Virus record (IMG/VR): IMGVR_UViG_3300049149_000013
Location: 2,647 to 66,646 of that record
Origin: a virus
Reading direction: 5' to 3' (one strand)
DNA: 64,000 nt
Under the pieces are notes generated by a model. The model made no database searches and was not told the origin of the DNA. It saw nothing but the letters and a program-made list of their open reading frames with translations. Of the stretch, positions 19,042 to 28,772 are shown piece after piece. Position numbers and translations under genes: made by a program. How positions within the stretch are numbered: position 1 is the stretch's first letter; each line of letters begins with the position of its first letter.

Positions 19042-20798
19042 TATGCCATCCTTATCAGCATGAAATGTGAACCTAAGTTTATTATAGTAGAGCTAACATG
19101 CGAAATAGCCTGGGTCCATATCAATATCATCGAGGTAACTCCGGTAGCAACGAAGTGACCTTCGATATTAAGCTGAGTGGCGTTACTATTACCGGCACTT
19201 ACAACGCAAGCATTATTACCAGCATTACCACCCTGTCCGTAGCGAGCTGAGGTATTATTATCCAGAGCAAAGATATTGTAACTCCCTATGGAAAGATTAG
19301 CACCCATCTGAAGCTCCGCCTGTACCCCGCCTCCGGCACAACTCCAACTAGCAATACCCTTAATCTGATAGGTCCCTGCCGGAATATTAGTCAGCTGCAA
19401 TACGCTATCGTTGACAAATACTGTACTACTAGTTACGCTCTGAGTCGTAGATCGATAACAGTAAGCGATCTGACCTGCAACCATTGTCGAACAGTTTAGA
19501 GTTGTCGATCCATTATTAATCAACGGAGGAACTATCGTACCAATGAGATTCAGAGTAACGTTCGCTGTTAGCGATCCACCACCGGTCAGATTAGTCCCGG
19601 CAATAACCTGGGTCGATGTCGGCACTGCGCTGATAGCCGAGGTCGCTGCCGCTGCATTAATTGCCGTAAAGACGTTGATGCCTACGGTCGTACCACCGAG
19701 ATTGGTAAGAGCAACCGGGGCTGTCGTTGCACCCGTACCGCCTTGACCAATGGTTATCGGGAAAGCTACGGTATTGGTCAAAGCATTAACTACGTTCGTT
19801 CCATCACAGTAGAGAATATAACGATTATTCTGAGGGATAGTAGGCGGGCCTATCTGAGCTACTGTTCCTACATCAAGTGAGAAAGCTCCGGTAGTCTCGT
19901 TATCAACCCAATACTCTTGGGCCGTGCCTGGAACGATAACATGCCGGTTGCCGGTAAGCAGACCTGTAAGCTTATACCCTATCTGATTAAGTTGCCCACC
20001 CGAGAGAGTATAGTTACCCGATCCCGAAACGTCAATCGAGACAAGGTTAAATGCTCCTCCACCTGCGGTCGCTCCACCCTTCAGAGTAAAGTAATTCGCT
20101 CCATCGGTCAGGTACCACGTCGAGGCTGCTGGAGCAACGGTATCGCTAGCGTTCCCATCGACCAATGCACCACCCGGGTTTACAGTAACGTTACCACTAC
20201 CTTGATTCTTAACGACTACGAACCATCCAGCACCTACGGTAGCGGGAGCTAACAGGTTAAAGGTACCTACGCCTCCAGTCCACTGGAGCACCGTAGCACG
20301 ATCCGTATTCTGAACGTTATAGGGGCTAGTATTCTTCGGCTGGACTACCATCTGCTCGTTCAAGGTCGAGCCGATAGCCGTAAGGCCCGAGCCTGCCAGC
20401 GCTGCGGCAACCGCTACCGAGACTGAGGCACCAAACTGGAAAATACGCCACGTACCACCGGCAGTCGTATTATCAACTAAGTAAAGCTGCCAGACCGTTC
20501 CGGATACCAGAGATAACAGGGTGGATCCGGTATTGCTAAGAACCGAGGTAGTCTGGCCGCTAATGTTATTGAAGAGAGCCGTATACCCCTGTGTAACCTG
20601 GCGTGCGTCGGGCAGCGAGACTGAAAGCCCGGGAGCGCTCGGGTTCAGATCGATAATATCAGTAACTACCAGAGCACCAGCGATAGCCTGCTCGACAGGC
20701 CAGGAGAGCTGAATATTCGATGAATAGTTCAGCTGACTATAAGTCGGTTCTACGGGATAAATGTTATTCCCGCCGAAGACTTGACTAAACCCAGGCAT
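19041..20798 (-). CDS. Tail fibre/spike-like structural protein
   Basis: Beta-rich, Thr/Gly-rich; IGQGGTGAT...LTNLG fibre motif. Confidence 0.7.
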   Translation of the reverse strand: MPGFSQVFGGNNIYPVEPTYSQLNYSSNIQLSWPVEQAIAGALVVTDIIDLNPSAPGLSVSLPDARQVTQGYTALFNNISGQTTSVLSNTGSTLLSLVSGTVWQLYLVDNTTAGGTWRIFQFGASVSVAVAAALAGSGLTAIGSTLNEQMVVQPKNTSPYNVQNTDRATVLQWTGGVGTFNLLAPATVGAGWFVVVKNQGSGNVTVNPGGALVDGNASDTVAPAASTWYLTDGANYFTLKGGATAGGGAFNLVSIDVSGSGNYTLSGGQLNQIGYKLTGLLTGNRHVIVPGTAQEYWVDNETTGAFSLDVGTVAQIGPPTIPQNNRYILYCDGTNVVNALTNTVAFPITIGQGGTGATTAPVALTNLGGTTVGINVFTAINAAAATSAISAVPTSTQVIAGTNLTGGGSLTANVTLNLIGTIVPPLINNGSTTLNCSTMVAGQIAYCYRSTTQSVTSSTVFVNDSVLQLTNIPAGTYQIKGIASWSCAGGGVQAELQMGANLSIGSYNIFALDNNTSARYGQGGNAGNNACVVSAGNSNATQLNIEGHFVATGVTSMILIWTQAISHVSSTIINLGSHFMLIRMA

Positions 20799-21466
20799 TA
20801 GGCTTTACTCCTGACAGCTTCGCGATCCGCGATCTTCTGAAGATCCTGCTGATCGACGGTCGCAAGCTGTTCCTGGTAGAGAGCCTGCCAGGTCGGGATG
20901 CGCTCATCGTTCTTCAGGTAGGGAGTGGCCTCCAGCAACGCGCGGTAGAGCAAAAGATTGGGCGCGTAATCGGTAAGCCAGTTCGTCTGGTTACTGCTAT
21001 CGAGCAACGCAGGTTGGGTATAGTAATTAACCTCCCAAGGGAAATTGATTGCTGGGGTAGGCACGATCAACCAGTGATTAAACTCATAATCAGCATAGAA
21101 CTTCGGCGGCTTGGTCGCATCCGAGATATTGGCATTAGGCCAATAGGCACGGCAATATTCGTACGATCTTGGGAAGAGTGGCTGCCGGTAGTTCTGAGCC
21201 GGATCGGCAACGGTCGCTACTCCGTAATTCATCGAGACCGTCTGCCGCCAGCCATTCGGTTTCTGATAGACCGAAGTACCCGCTACTAACCCCGAAACTA
21301 CAGGAGTCAGAAAGCCCTGCACCTTTATGGCCGTAGCAATGGCTCTCTCCGCCAGGTTGATAAGGCGCGGAATCTGGTTTGCTACCTGCACGTCCAGAGG
21401 CGTACCCCGCTCCAGATATGATTGCATATCTGCGGTGAGCGAGTTGAAAGTCATTGAGGTCGGCAT
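20798..21466 (-). CDS. Head-tail adaptor (P22 gp4 / T7 gp11-like)
   Basis: INLAE...TNWLTDYAPNLLLYRALLEA.PYLKNDER pattern. Confidence 0.75.
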   Translation of the reverse strand: MPTSMTFNSLTADMQSYLERGTPLDVQVANQIPRLINLAERAIATAIKVQGFLTPVVSGLVAGTSVYQKPNGWRQTVSMNYGVATVADPAQNYRQPLFPRSYEYCRAYWPNANISDATKPPKFYADYEFNHWLIVPTPAINFPWEVNYYTQPALLDSSNQTNWLTDYAPNLLLYRALLEATPYLKNDERIPTWQALYQEQLATVDQQDLQKIADREAVRSKA

Positions 21467-21467
21467 A

Positions 21468-21677
21468 TCACTTCGCCGGTGGTGTTGTCGGTGCTACTGC
21501 GGGCGGCGCTGTTGCAGCTACGGGCTGATCAGGAATAAAGATCATATGCAGGACCGCAGCTAATGCCGTTATCATTGGGACATACATCGAAGTCTTACCC
21601 GAAGCAAGCAACAAAACAGATAACGAGTTTAGGAAATGGTCTCCATTCGACTTAAACCATTGCGTAAGCTTATCCAT
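21468..21677 (-). CDS. Small membrane protein, possible holin
   Basis: 69 aa with two short hydrophobic segments and a Pro/Ala tail. Confidence 0.45.
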   Translation of the reverse strand: MDKLTQWFKSNGDHFLNSLSVLLLASGKTSMYVPMITALAAVLHMIFIPDQPVAATAPPAVAPTTPPAK

Positions 21678-24164
21678 CTAATTGACCCTCGTGAGAACGA
21701 TGAAAGTGCCAATTCCCCCAAAAGAATTTAAGGTGGTATTAGTTGCATTTGAGGTATCCTGTGCCCAGCAAACCGAAATCCCTGCATTACCCTGAAGTGT
21801 CCCGTGAAAGGTTACCCACTCACTAGTCGAAGCACTAGTAAAGTTAATGGCATTCGCAGCATCACCTCTCTTCATAGCTGGAGTATTATTATTATATTGC
21901 CAGTAACCCGAGACTGGGAGACCCGTATTGCAAGCGCCACCGTTATTAAGAACAGCCCTATATCCACCTGCGTTCGCTCCTGCTCCGAAGTACAGGCTAA
22001 TATCAACAATAAAGTAGCCCGATGGAGTCGCAGTCACATTCAGATCCGGATCAATAGTCTGTGTCGTTGTAGTATTCCGTGATGTGCTCGTACCTTTATT
22101 CAGATAGAGAGACTGACCAACTACCAAAGAGGCTCCACTGCATGCCGTCGTACAGGTAATCGGACCTGCGGGGGCAGCAACACCATTAACATAGTAGCCA
22201 CTTGAGACGTTTATCGTTCCAGCACCCTTATCACCTCCGGTTGGAGCATTGCCTATCGTCATGCCTCCGTTACCGTATATCGTACCAAGTATAGTACCCC
22301 CGCTCTGATTAGTCCATTGCGTATTCCAGTCAGCTGCGGTAGTGCCTGCCTTTACCTGTTCACCAAACGACTGACCAGATGTAGAGCTTGCAACAACCAT
22401 CGTAGTAAAGTTATTAGCAAGACCATTAAAAGTAACACCAGTACCCGCCGTAGGTGCATTAAAGGTATAACCACCCTGAGTATTCCAACTTACGTTCTGG
22501 GTCGTATTCGGACCTAAGAAGCCCGAACCATCCCCGAAAATTTCAAAGTAGGAGGTCGAGCTGGGCCGACTCTGGACTAGTAAAGAATAATCAATAGCAC
22601 TTGATCCGGCTAGGATCTGTAGTCCCTGTGCATGATTAGCGGTATTAGAGGCAACGATCTGAGCTATCGGATTAGCTCCAGTAGAGGTAACACCACCATT
22701 ATCTACTAATAACGCACTCTGCCCAGTAGCGGTATTACCTTGGACTTCAAGAGTCTGGCCAGCCGAAGATCCTGCGAGCCTAAATTCCCCGTCATTAAAC
22801 CAGAACATATTATGATTAGGGGGTCCTAAGTTACCTGAAGCATCTCCCCTAATCAACATACTGGTAGTTCCGCCTATTACACCGAAACCTCCTACACGAA
22901 GCGAGTAGTCATTAACCGAGGTTCCGGCTTGAATGTTTAGACCAAAATTCCAATCGGTAATATTGGGTCCTACGATATTCACCGTAGGTTCTACATTAAC
23001 ATTATCCGTTTGTCCATTAACCAAAAGAGCCGGATGAGTAAACGGTGAACTATTAAAGGGGTTTATCAGCCAAGATCCATCGGAACGTATCTGACCTACC
23101 GAGATACCTTGAACTCCGAAAGATACAGGAGCTAGACCAGTAGTCCCGATTACCAACGCCTCACCTGTAGGCGCACCTGTCTGCAAAGCAAAGATCGGAG
23201 CACTTGTGCCTTGAAACCCTATGATCGCTTGATGGATAGTCTGGAGATAATCGCAACAGTTAGTATAATTCGGGATAGCCGAAAGATCATGCGCTGCTGG
23301 TAACGTCGAGTCATTCTGAAAAAGGATAGTACCAGTACCCGTAGTGCTCGTATTCTGTATGGCGACTCCGGTTAGAGCCTGCCGACCGGAGCTACCACTC
23401 CAGCCGAGGTGGGTATCGATATTACCGGTAATCGCCAGACCTATCGGGTTGCTAACCTGCTGAGGAGCACCCAGAGGGCTATTAACTTGGCTAATCATAC
23501 CATAGAAGTCGGAAATAGTTCCATAGGTACCATCCATAGTTTCCAGATTAGTCGCAGGTGAGGCTAGAGCATTATTATGAAATTTAAACGGAGCACCAGA
23601 CGAACTCTGAAACTGAATAGCAGACGAACCACCACTATTAGTACCACCAATAAAGACCGTACCCTGTGATCCGGCAGCTACGGGACTCCACTGAATAAAG
23701 GCACTCCCAGCACTACCAGAAGCAGTCATTTGCAAGATGGACGAATTACCAGAAGAATTAGTCAAAATCAGATTACTATTATTAGATGGTTGATTTATGG
23801 TCAACGTATTATTCGTATTATTCCACGCCAGATTATCGCTGCCTCCAAATGCTCCAGAGTTATTAAACTGGACATCCGTATTATTGCCAGCTGGATTTAC
23901 AGATACTGGTTGACACTGACCATCGCCTCGCAGGAAGGTAGTATTATTACAGAGAGGAGTCCAGAGACTCGTAATCTGTGTAAACGTAGTCAGAGGAGTG
24001 CCAACCGTATTGACCGGAGTCTGTTTCGTAACTCCACCCTGAACAATAATCGTTGGCTCGGTACCCGCCAACGGCACCGTCGCTTGAGGCAAATTAGTAA
24101 TCGGGATCTGCCCTAGTGCTATGGCGCAGGCGACAGCCAGTAGGGTCTGAAAGAATCTTTTCAT
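21678..24164 (-). CDS. Fibre-like beta-rich protein with an N-terminal signal-peptide-like segment
   Basis: ITNLPQAT fibre start, TTFLRGDG, VQFNNSGAFGG and GGDKGAGTIN fibre motifs; internal QAGT..D repeats. Confidence 0.7.
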   Translation of the reverse strand: MKRFFQTLLAVACAIALGQIPITNLPQATVPLAGTEPTIIVQGGVTKQTPVNTVGTPLTTFTQITSLWTPLCNNTTFLRGDGQCQPVSVNPAGNNTDVQFNNSGAFGGSDNLAWNNTNNTLTINQPSNNSNLILTNSSGNSSILQMTASGSAGSAFIQWSPVAAGSQGTVFIGGTNSGGSSAIQFQSSSGAPFKFHNNALASPATNLETMDGTYGTISDFYGMISQVNSPLGAPQQVSNPIGLAITGNIDTHLGWSGSSGRQALTGVAIQNTSTTGTGTILFQNDSTLPAAHDLSAIPNYTNCCDYLQTIHQAIIGFQGTSAPIFALQTGAPTGEALVIGTTGLAPVSFGVQGISVGQIRSDGSWLINPFNSSPFTHPALLVNGQTDNVNVEPTVNIVGPNITDWNFGLNIQAGTSVNDYSLRVGGFGVIGGTTSMLIRGDASGNLGPPNHNMFWFNDGEFRLAGSSAGQTLEVQGNTATGQSALLVDNGGVTSTGANPIAQIVASNTANHAQGLQILAGSSAIDYSLLVQSRPSSTSYFEIFGDGSGFLGPNTTQNVSWNTQGGYTFNAPTAGTGVTFNGLANNFTTMVVASSTSGQSFGEQVKAGTTAADWNTQWTNQSGGTILGTIYGNGGMTIGNAPTGGDKGAGTINVSSGYYVNGVAAPAGPITCTTACSGASLVVGQSLYLNKGTSTSRNTTTTQTIDPDLNVTATPSGYFIVDISLYFGAGANAGGYRAVLNNGGACNTGLPVSGYWQYNNNTPAMKRGDAANAINFTSASTSEWVTFHGTLQGNAGISVCWAQDTSNATNTTLNSFGGIGTFIVLTRVN

Positions 24165-24556
24165 GGTAGATCTCGTGGCCCTGGTGCAATCGGGATATCG
24201 ATATACTGACCATCCTGGGTCATAATCGCTCGACCGTCCTCCGTTACCAGTCTCTGAGCGAGGACATTAAAGATCGGGAAGCCCGCAGAACCAATAGGTG
24301 GAATACCGGTACCGTACATCCAGGTTAAACTATCGGTCAGCGGTACATCGGGACGGTAGAACGGCAGATTAATCTGCTCGGTCTGTCTCGCCGGGAGACG
24401 GTAGGGGTCTAGGACATCCAAGTCCTTAACACAAACCATTAACCCTGGAGCGTTAGGATCGGGAAAGAGGTCCTCCAAGGACATCTTGATACTGCAACGG
24501 GCACACAACCCGATGCCGTAGGTGGACCGACCTCTCGGATTCAGCCAAATGGGCAC
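24161..24556 (-). CDS. Conserved phage protein (CxxC, DPYRLP)
   Basis: GLCARC...GLMVC...DPYRLPAR; coupled to its neighbours. Confidence 0.7.
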   Translation of the reverse strand: MPIWLNPRGRSTYGIGLCARCSIKMSLEDLFPDPNAPGLMVCVKDLDVLDPYRLPARQTEQINLPFYRPDVPLTDSLTWMYGTGIPPIGSAGFPIFNVLAQRLVTEDGRAIMTQDGQYIDIPIAPGPRDLP

Positions 24557-24559
24557 GGA

Positions 24560-25633
24560 TTACCTCGTATAGTTCCAGATGCGCGGCTGTAACCACGTTG
24601 GTGCTCCGTCGGATTCAGACGCCCAGGCTCGCGCAAGCTGCTTATCAGCTTCCGGCCCAAGGAACGCCAGGACTTCCGGCTTAACTTCGGGAATCTCCAT
24701 AGCCAGATTACGCGCCAGCTCAGTCGTTATCGCTAATAGCCAGCGTTGCGGAACCTCAATGGAGACTGTCAGATCGGGACCTACATCCTGTATATATCGG
24801 CTAACGTAGAGAACAAACTGGTTAAATGTAAACTGTAACTGCGGTGCAGGCCAGACCGTAACCTGCGGCTGCTGAAGTTGCTTGTCAAACCACATCTGAA
24901 CCGGTCTGCCAGGGAAGAACTTATCCGGCAGGTTAGCGTAATCATCCATATTGATTTTCGCTACCGGTATCTCACTCGGCGTAGTCTCAAAGACTAGTTC
25001 AACGATATCGAGCGTTGTCGTTAAGCCAGCCGAGATACGATAATAGAGAAAACCACTCTCGGGCACTCCCTGGATATCCAGCCAGATCCACTGATTCTGC
25101 ACTACTGCCTGATTATTTACCGTCGCTAGTACCGTCCAAGTAACACCATCGTTCGACGCCTGCCAGGTATAACTCCAAGTCTGCGAAACGTTCGGCAGAA
25201 TACCATAGATCACCGCCTGAGCATTAGCAGGTAACTGAATCTGAATAAATCCGTTAGGAGCTACCAAGGTGCAGGCAGTAGTTAATGAACCATCGAAAGC
25301 GTAATCGGGTCTGCCGCTGGGCGAAGAAACGCTCCCAGTCGCTAACCGAGTAGAAGTCCGCAAATTGCAACTCAATACATCGATGACGTCCGTGTTCAGT
25401 GGTATATTCTGAACCGAGTCGTAGATCGGGTAGATCTGTTTCTGCTTGCACCATAGAGGGATACCTTCGTTACCCAGGGTGGAAAGATGCAGGTACAATA
25501 GCTGTTTCGCAATCTCGATGTACTCTTGCGTAATCTGCTGCGGCGCGAGCTTACACCGACCAAAGGCACGGTCAATCATATCCCCTATCGTAAAGATAGT
25601 GGTTGAGATTGTGCCGCTGGTAGTAACAGGCAC
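24560..25633 (-). CDS. Virion structural protein (connector-like, with a discoidin-like insert)
   Basis: TTSGT N-terminus; AFDG...QASNDGVTWT F5/8-type insert; GRPVQMW...VWPAP. Confidence 0.65.
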   Translation of the reverse strand: MPVTTSGTISTTIFTIGDMIDRAFGRCKLAPQQITQEYIEIAKQLLYLHLSTLGNEGIPLWCKQKQIYPIYDSVQNIPLNTDVIDVLSCNLRTSTRLATGSVSSPSGRPDYAFDGSLTTACTLVAPNGFIQIQLPANAQAVIYGILPNVSQTWSYTWQASNDGVTWTVLATVNNQAVVQNQWIWLDIQGVPESGFLYYRISAGLTTTLDIVELVFETTPSEIPVAKINMDDYANLPDKFFPGRPVQMWFDKQLQQPQVTVWPAPQLQFTFNQFVLYVSRYIQDVGPDLTVSIEVPQRWLLAITTELARNLAMEIPEVKPEVLAFLGPEADKQLARAWASESDGAPTWLQPRIWNYTR

Positions 25634-26605
25634 TTACTTGCCTCCGCGTTGGATTAACTCCCGCATACCCTTATGACCCCTCGGAGCCTCACTCTCCAAG
25701 TGCTCACTCATCTCTCTAGAATGACCACCCTTATGGTAGAGCGCTCCACCAGCGGCCAGCCGGTTAATCGTTCCACCGGTCGCATAGTTCGGCGGAATTA
25801 CCTTGGTATTATCGTGAATATGCCCGCCCTTAGCCTTATGCAGACCTTTCAGGGTTTTAGCCAGAGCCGCCCGCCGTCGCGTGGTAGGGTTAGACGAATG
25901 AGCCGCCTTCGCCAGCTTGGCAGCCGGAATCTTCTTACCCTGAGGAACTCCCAGAGTACGGTGCAAGGCTCCAGGATGCTTGATTGCTCCCTGAATCCAT
26001 TTGCCGCCTTTCGCCAGCTTATTACGGGTCTCACCGGTCTCGCCACAGGAACCACCCTTCGCCAGCCTATCCCGGGTCCTTCCCGGCTGGCCACGAGTAC
26101 CGAAGCCGCCCGCAACCCGATGAGCGGTAAAGCGGTGAGAGTCCTGCACCTTGCCAGCCTTACCAGCCAGGTTCTTCGGGTAGCTCTGATGCTCCGATTT
26201 AACGACCTTACCACCCTGGTAGTAATGCTTATGAACGTGGAAATGCCTTGCCCTGCCACCACCACCGTAGCCGGGGTTTAGCGGTGCTCTACCACCATGC
26301 TCGGTCTCGTTTACGGTCGAGGGTACTTCTCGGTGAACTGCGGCATGCCCCACATGGTGTTGTCCATCGTTAGCATTACCATGAACGGTAAGATCGGTGA
26401 TGCGGTCAGGACCAGGGCCACGACCCTTAACCGGACTTGCATGACCGAAATCACGCTCGACGGATCCACCACCAGCCAACTTATTAACCAAGCCACCCGT
26501 AGCAAGCCGATGGCCGGGGTTTGACTTGCCAAAGGTACTAAACTGGGATGCCGGAACGTTATGATGTCCGGTAACCATCCGAGTAGTATTCTTAAAGCCT
26601 TTCAT
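25634..26605 (-). CDS. Basic His/Lys-rich core protein with about 12 xAxGG-type repeats
   Basis: Start MKGFKN overlaps the upstream stop (ATGA); contains the WIQGAIKHPGALH...KKIPAAKLAKAA segment. Confidence 0.75.
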   Translation of the reverse strand: MKGFKNTTRMVTGHHNVPASQFSTFGKSNPGHRLATGGLVNKLAGGGSVERDFGHASPVKGRGPGPDRITDLTVHGNANDGQHHVGHAAVHREVPSTVNETEHGGRAPLNPGYGGGGRARHFHVHKHYYQGGKVVKSEHQSYPKNLAGKAGKVQDSHRFTAHRVAGGFGTRGQPGRTRDRLAKGGSCGETGETRNKLAKGGKWIQGAIKHPGALHRTLGVPQGKKIPAAKLAKAAHSSNPTTRRRAALAKTLKGLHKAKGGHIHDNTKVIPPNYATGGTINRLAAGGALYHKGGHSREMSEHLESEAPRGHKGMRELIQRGGK

Positions 26606-26892
26606 ACTATCCCCTGCTGTGAAACGACCATAACATCCGCCGAGACAGCTCCGGACATACGCACGGCGCGAACACCCGAAGGAATAAAGTACAGTCCGGT
26701 TGTGGCATCCTTGGTCGGAGCAGCATGCCACGTCGGGGTGATAGTTGAGTCGAAGACGTTATCCGCTGTAACCTGAGGAACGCCTGCACCAGCGGTCTGA
26801 TAATCGACCACAGTCTGCTGACCCTCCGCATAAACATCAAGGGGCACGGCAGCTGACGTTCCCGTAACCCCAGTCACTCTTATCGGTCGCAT
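26602..26892 (-). CDS. Small virion protein
   Basis: GAGGAGG RBS; beta-rich; head module. Confidence 0.65.
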   Translation of the reverse strand: MRPIRVTGVTGTSAAVPLDVYAEGQQTVVDYQTAGAGVPQVTADNVFDSTITPTWHAAPTKDATTGLYFIPSGVRAVRMSGAVSADVMVVSQQGIV

Positions 26893-26938
26893 AATACCCT
26901 CCTCAGTGCCAGGGCATCCCTGCCCTGTTCACCGGTCG

Positions 26939-27730
26939 CTAGAACGTCGGGGTTACCAGGACGTTACTCCTCTCCTTAATAACTGAGAACAGATCTACCT
27001 GCATTGTGCGAGCAACGCCGGTAGAGGCTGTGATGCCAACAGAAGGATTTATTGCCGTAGCGCTCGGCCAGCCAGTCGGCAGTGGAAACGCCGAAGAGCC
27101 ACCGAAAGAACCACGAACCGGAGCTACGACACCGGCACCGGAGAGTTCCCAAACGATACGCCCGGAAGGCGCGGCCTGATAGATCGCTCCATCCCAGTAG
27201 AACTTAAAGGTTACGAAATTCGTCAAGCCAGGGTTCAACGTAGCGACTGCTGACTGAGTAATTTTCGCGCCACCACCCGCTACCGCGATGATATTAATCG
27301 CAGACGTTCCCAGCGTCTGCATATAGATACCATCCGTAATATTCGCAGGGGTAAAGAGGGCTGCGTTAGTATTAAACATGCCAGCGAGAATATTCGCAAG
27401 AGCACTATCAACACTAAGAATCCAAGCCCCAAAGCAACGAAAGCCATTAGCCATCACATAGTCAGCGCGAGTGTTCTGCATCTGAAAGCCTGCATTCGCA
27501 TTCGCACTGCTAATCGCTTGAATTATTCCACCATCCCCGGCGATTGCCGTAAATGTCGTCCCGGCAACACCTAGGGTAGTAACGGTATAATTCGCTGTGT
27601 TGAACTCGTCAAAATCATTATTATATTCGTGAACCTTTGTCCGGTCCTCTACGGGCTGGTCGGAGAAAGTCTCCGTATCCCTGGTGTTATTAGCACCAAA
27701 CTGGTTACGGGTAATACTCAGATCGTACAT
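26939..27730 (-). CDS. Putative capsid decoration/fibre protein
   Basis: Follows MCP; NDFDEF motif; beta-rich. Confidence 0.6.
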   Translation of the reverse strand: MYDLSITRNQFGANNTRDTETFSDQPVEDRTKVHEYNNDFDEFNTANYTVTTLGVAGTTFTAIAGDGGIIQAISSANANAGFQMQNTRADYVMANGFRCFGAWILSVDSALANILAGMFNTNAALFTPANITDGIYMQTLGTSAINIIAVAGGGAKITQSAVATLNPGLTNFVTFKFYWDGAIYQAAPSGRIVWELSGAGVVAPVRGSFGGSSAFPLPTGWPSATAINPSVGITASTGVARTMQVDLFSVIKERSNVLVTPTF

Positions 27731-27824
27731 CTAAATTCTCCTATTCAGGAGGGGCAGCAAAGCCTGGGGCCATAGTGAAAACCGCACGTAAACACCTGAC
27801 GGTTAGACCTTGCCGCCCCAAACC

Positions 27825-28745
27825 TTATAGCCCTGCGGTCCCGTACATTGCCCGCCAGTCGGTCCAGGAGGGTATGTAACGCTCCGTGCTCTTGTACCGC
27901 ATGGAGTCCGTCTCGAAGTCGCCTTCCATCGACTTTTCCAGCGAGCGGCGCATGGCAAGCTTGAGACCCTGCTTCACGTCGGTCTGCACCCACCAGGCGG
28001 TAGTGCTCGTGATACGGGTAACATTCGCCTGCCCCTTCGACAGCAACCCGAGTGACTTGATCGGGTTGATATCGTTATTCGCCGTTCCTGCACGCAGCAC
28101 GGACTTCAGGAGAACCTCAGCCTGCATCACGTTGCTCGGACCGGTTACGATCTGCAACGGGTTCAGGCGAACTCGCTTGCCGTTATTGTCAACGGCATTA
28201 CGAATCTGAATAAGCATCTGCTCCAGAGAAGTCTGCGAGAGCGCAGCCGCCGTAGTCAGCACATTCGAGAAAGTGCCAGCTGGCGGAGCCAAGGGATGCG
28301 CCACGTTATTAAGGGTAACGCCATCACCTCCGTTGAAACCTACCGTAAAGGCAGTATTCAACACGTTAGCGCAAAGCGTTTCCTTCGTCTCGATCATCGA
28401 CTGACCGAGATGTTCAGCGTAGATTTGACCAATTTTAATATGGTCGCCGTCCTCGACTAGGACCTTCGTGAGTGCAAAGGCGAGACCGAACACGGCATAG
28501 ACGTAACGCTGAATAAACAGCACGCCTCCTGATTGGTACGTAACCGGCGTACCATCCGGCAGCGCAGGTGCCGCGCCCATACCGAAGAGGACTGGCTCTT
28601 CGTGATAGTTGCGGGGTGTGCCCTTGAACTCGCGGAAGACCATCTTCCACTCGTCCGAGCGCTGATCATAGATGCCATCGAACGTTTCATTAAGAATCGG
28701 TTCGACGATAGAGCGGAAATCGGTACTCCGCATCGGGACAGCCAT
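27825..28745 (-). CDS. Major capsid protein
   Basis: 306 aa; GGDGVTL...HPL, LSQTSLEQ and EGDFETDSMRYKSTERY...DWRAMYG motifs of HK97-fold MCPs; downstream of the scaffold. Confidence 0.9.
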   Translation of the reverse strand: MAVPMRSTDFRSIVEPILNETFDGIYDQRSDEWKMVFREFKGTPRNYHEEPVLFGMGAAPALPDGTPVTYQSGGVLFIQRYVYAVFGLAFALTKVLVEDGDHIKIGQIYAEHLGQSMIETKETLCANVLNTAFTVGFNGGDGVTLNNVAHPLAPPAGTFSNVLTTAAALSQTSLEQMLIQIRNAVDNNGKRVRLNPLQIVTGPSNVMQAEVLLKSVLRAGTANNDINPIKSLGLLSKGQANVTRITSTTAWWVQTDVKQGLKLAMRRSLEKSMEGDFETDSMRYKSTERYIPSWTDWRAMYGTAGL

Positions 28746-28772
28746 TGAGCTTCCTCCTTAAGGTGAGCCTGA

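Noticed and set aside
26606-26731. Cys-rich N-terminal extension of ORF 25634-26731
   Set aside because: It overlaps ORF 26602-26892; the ATGA-coupled start at 26605 is preferred.
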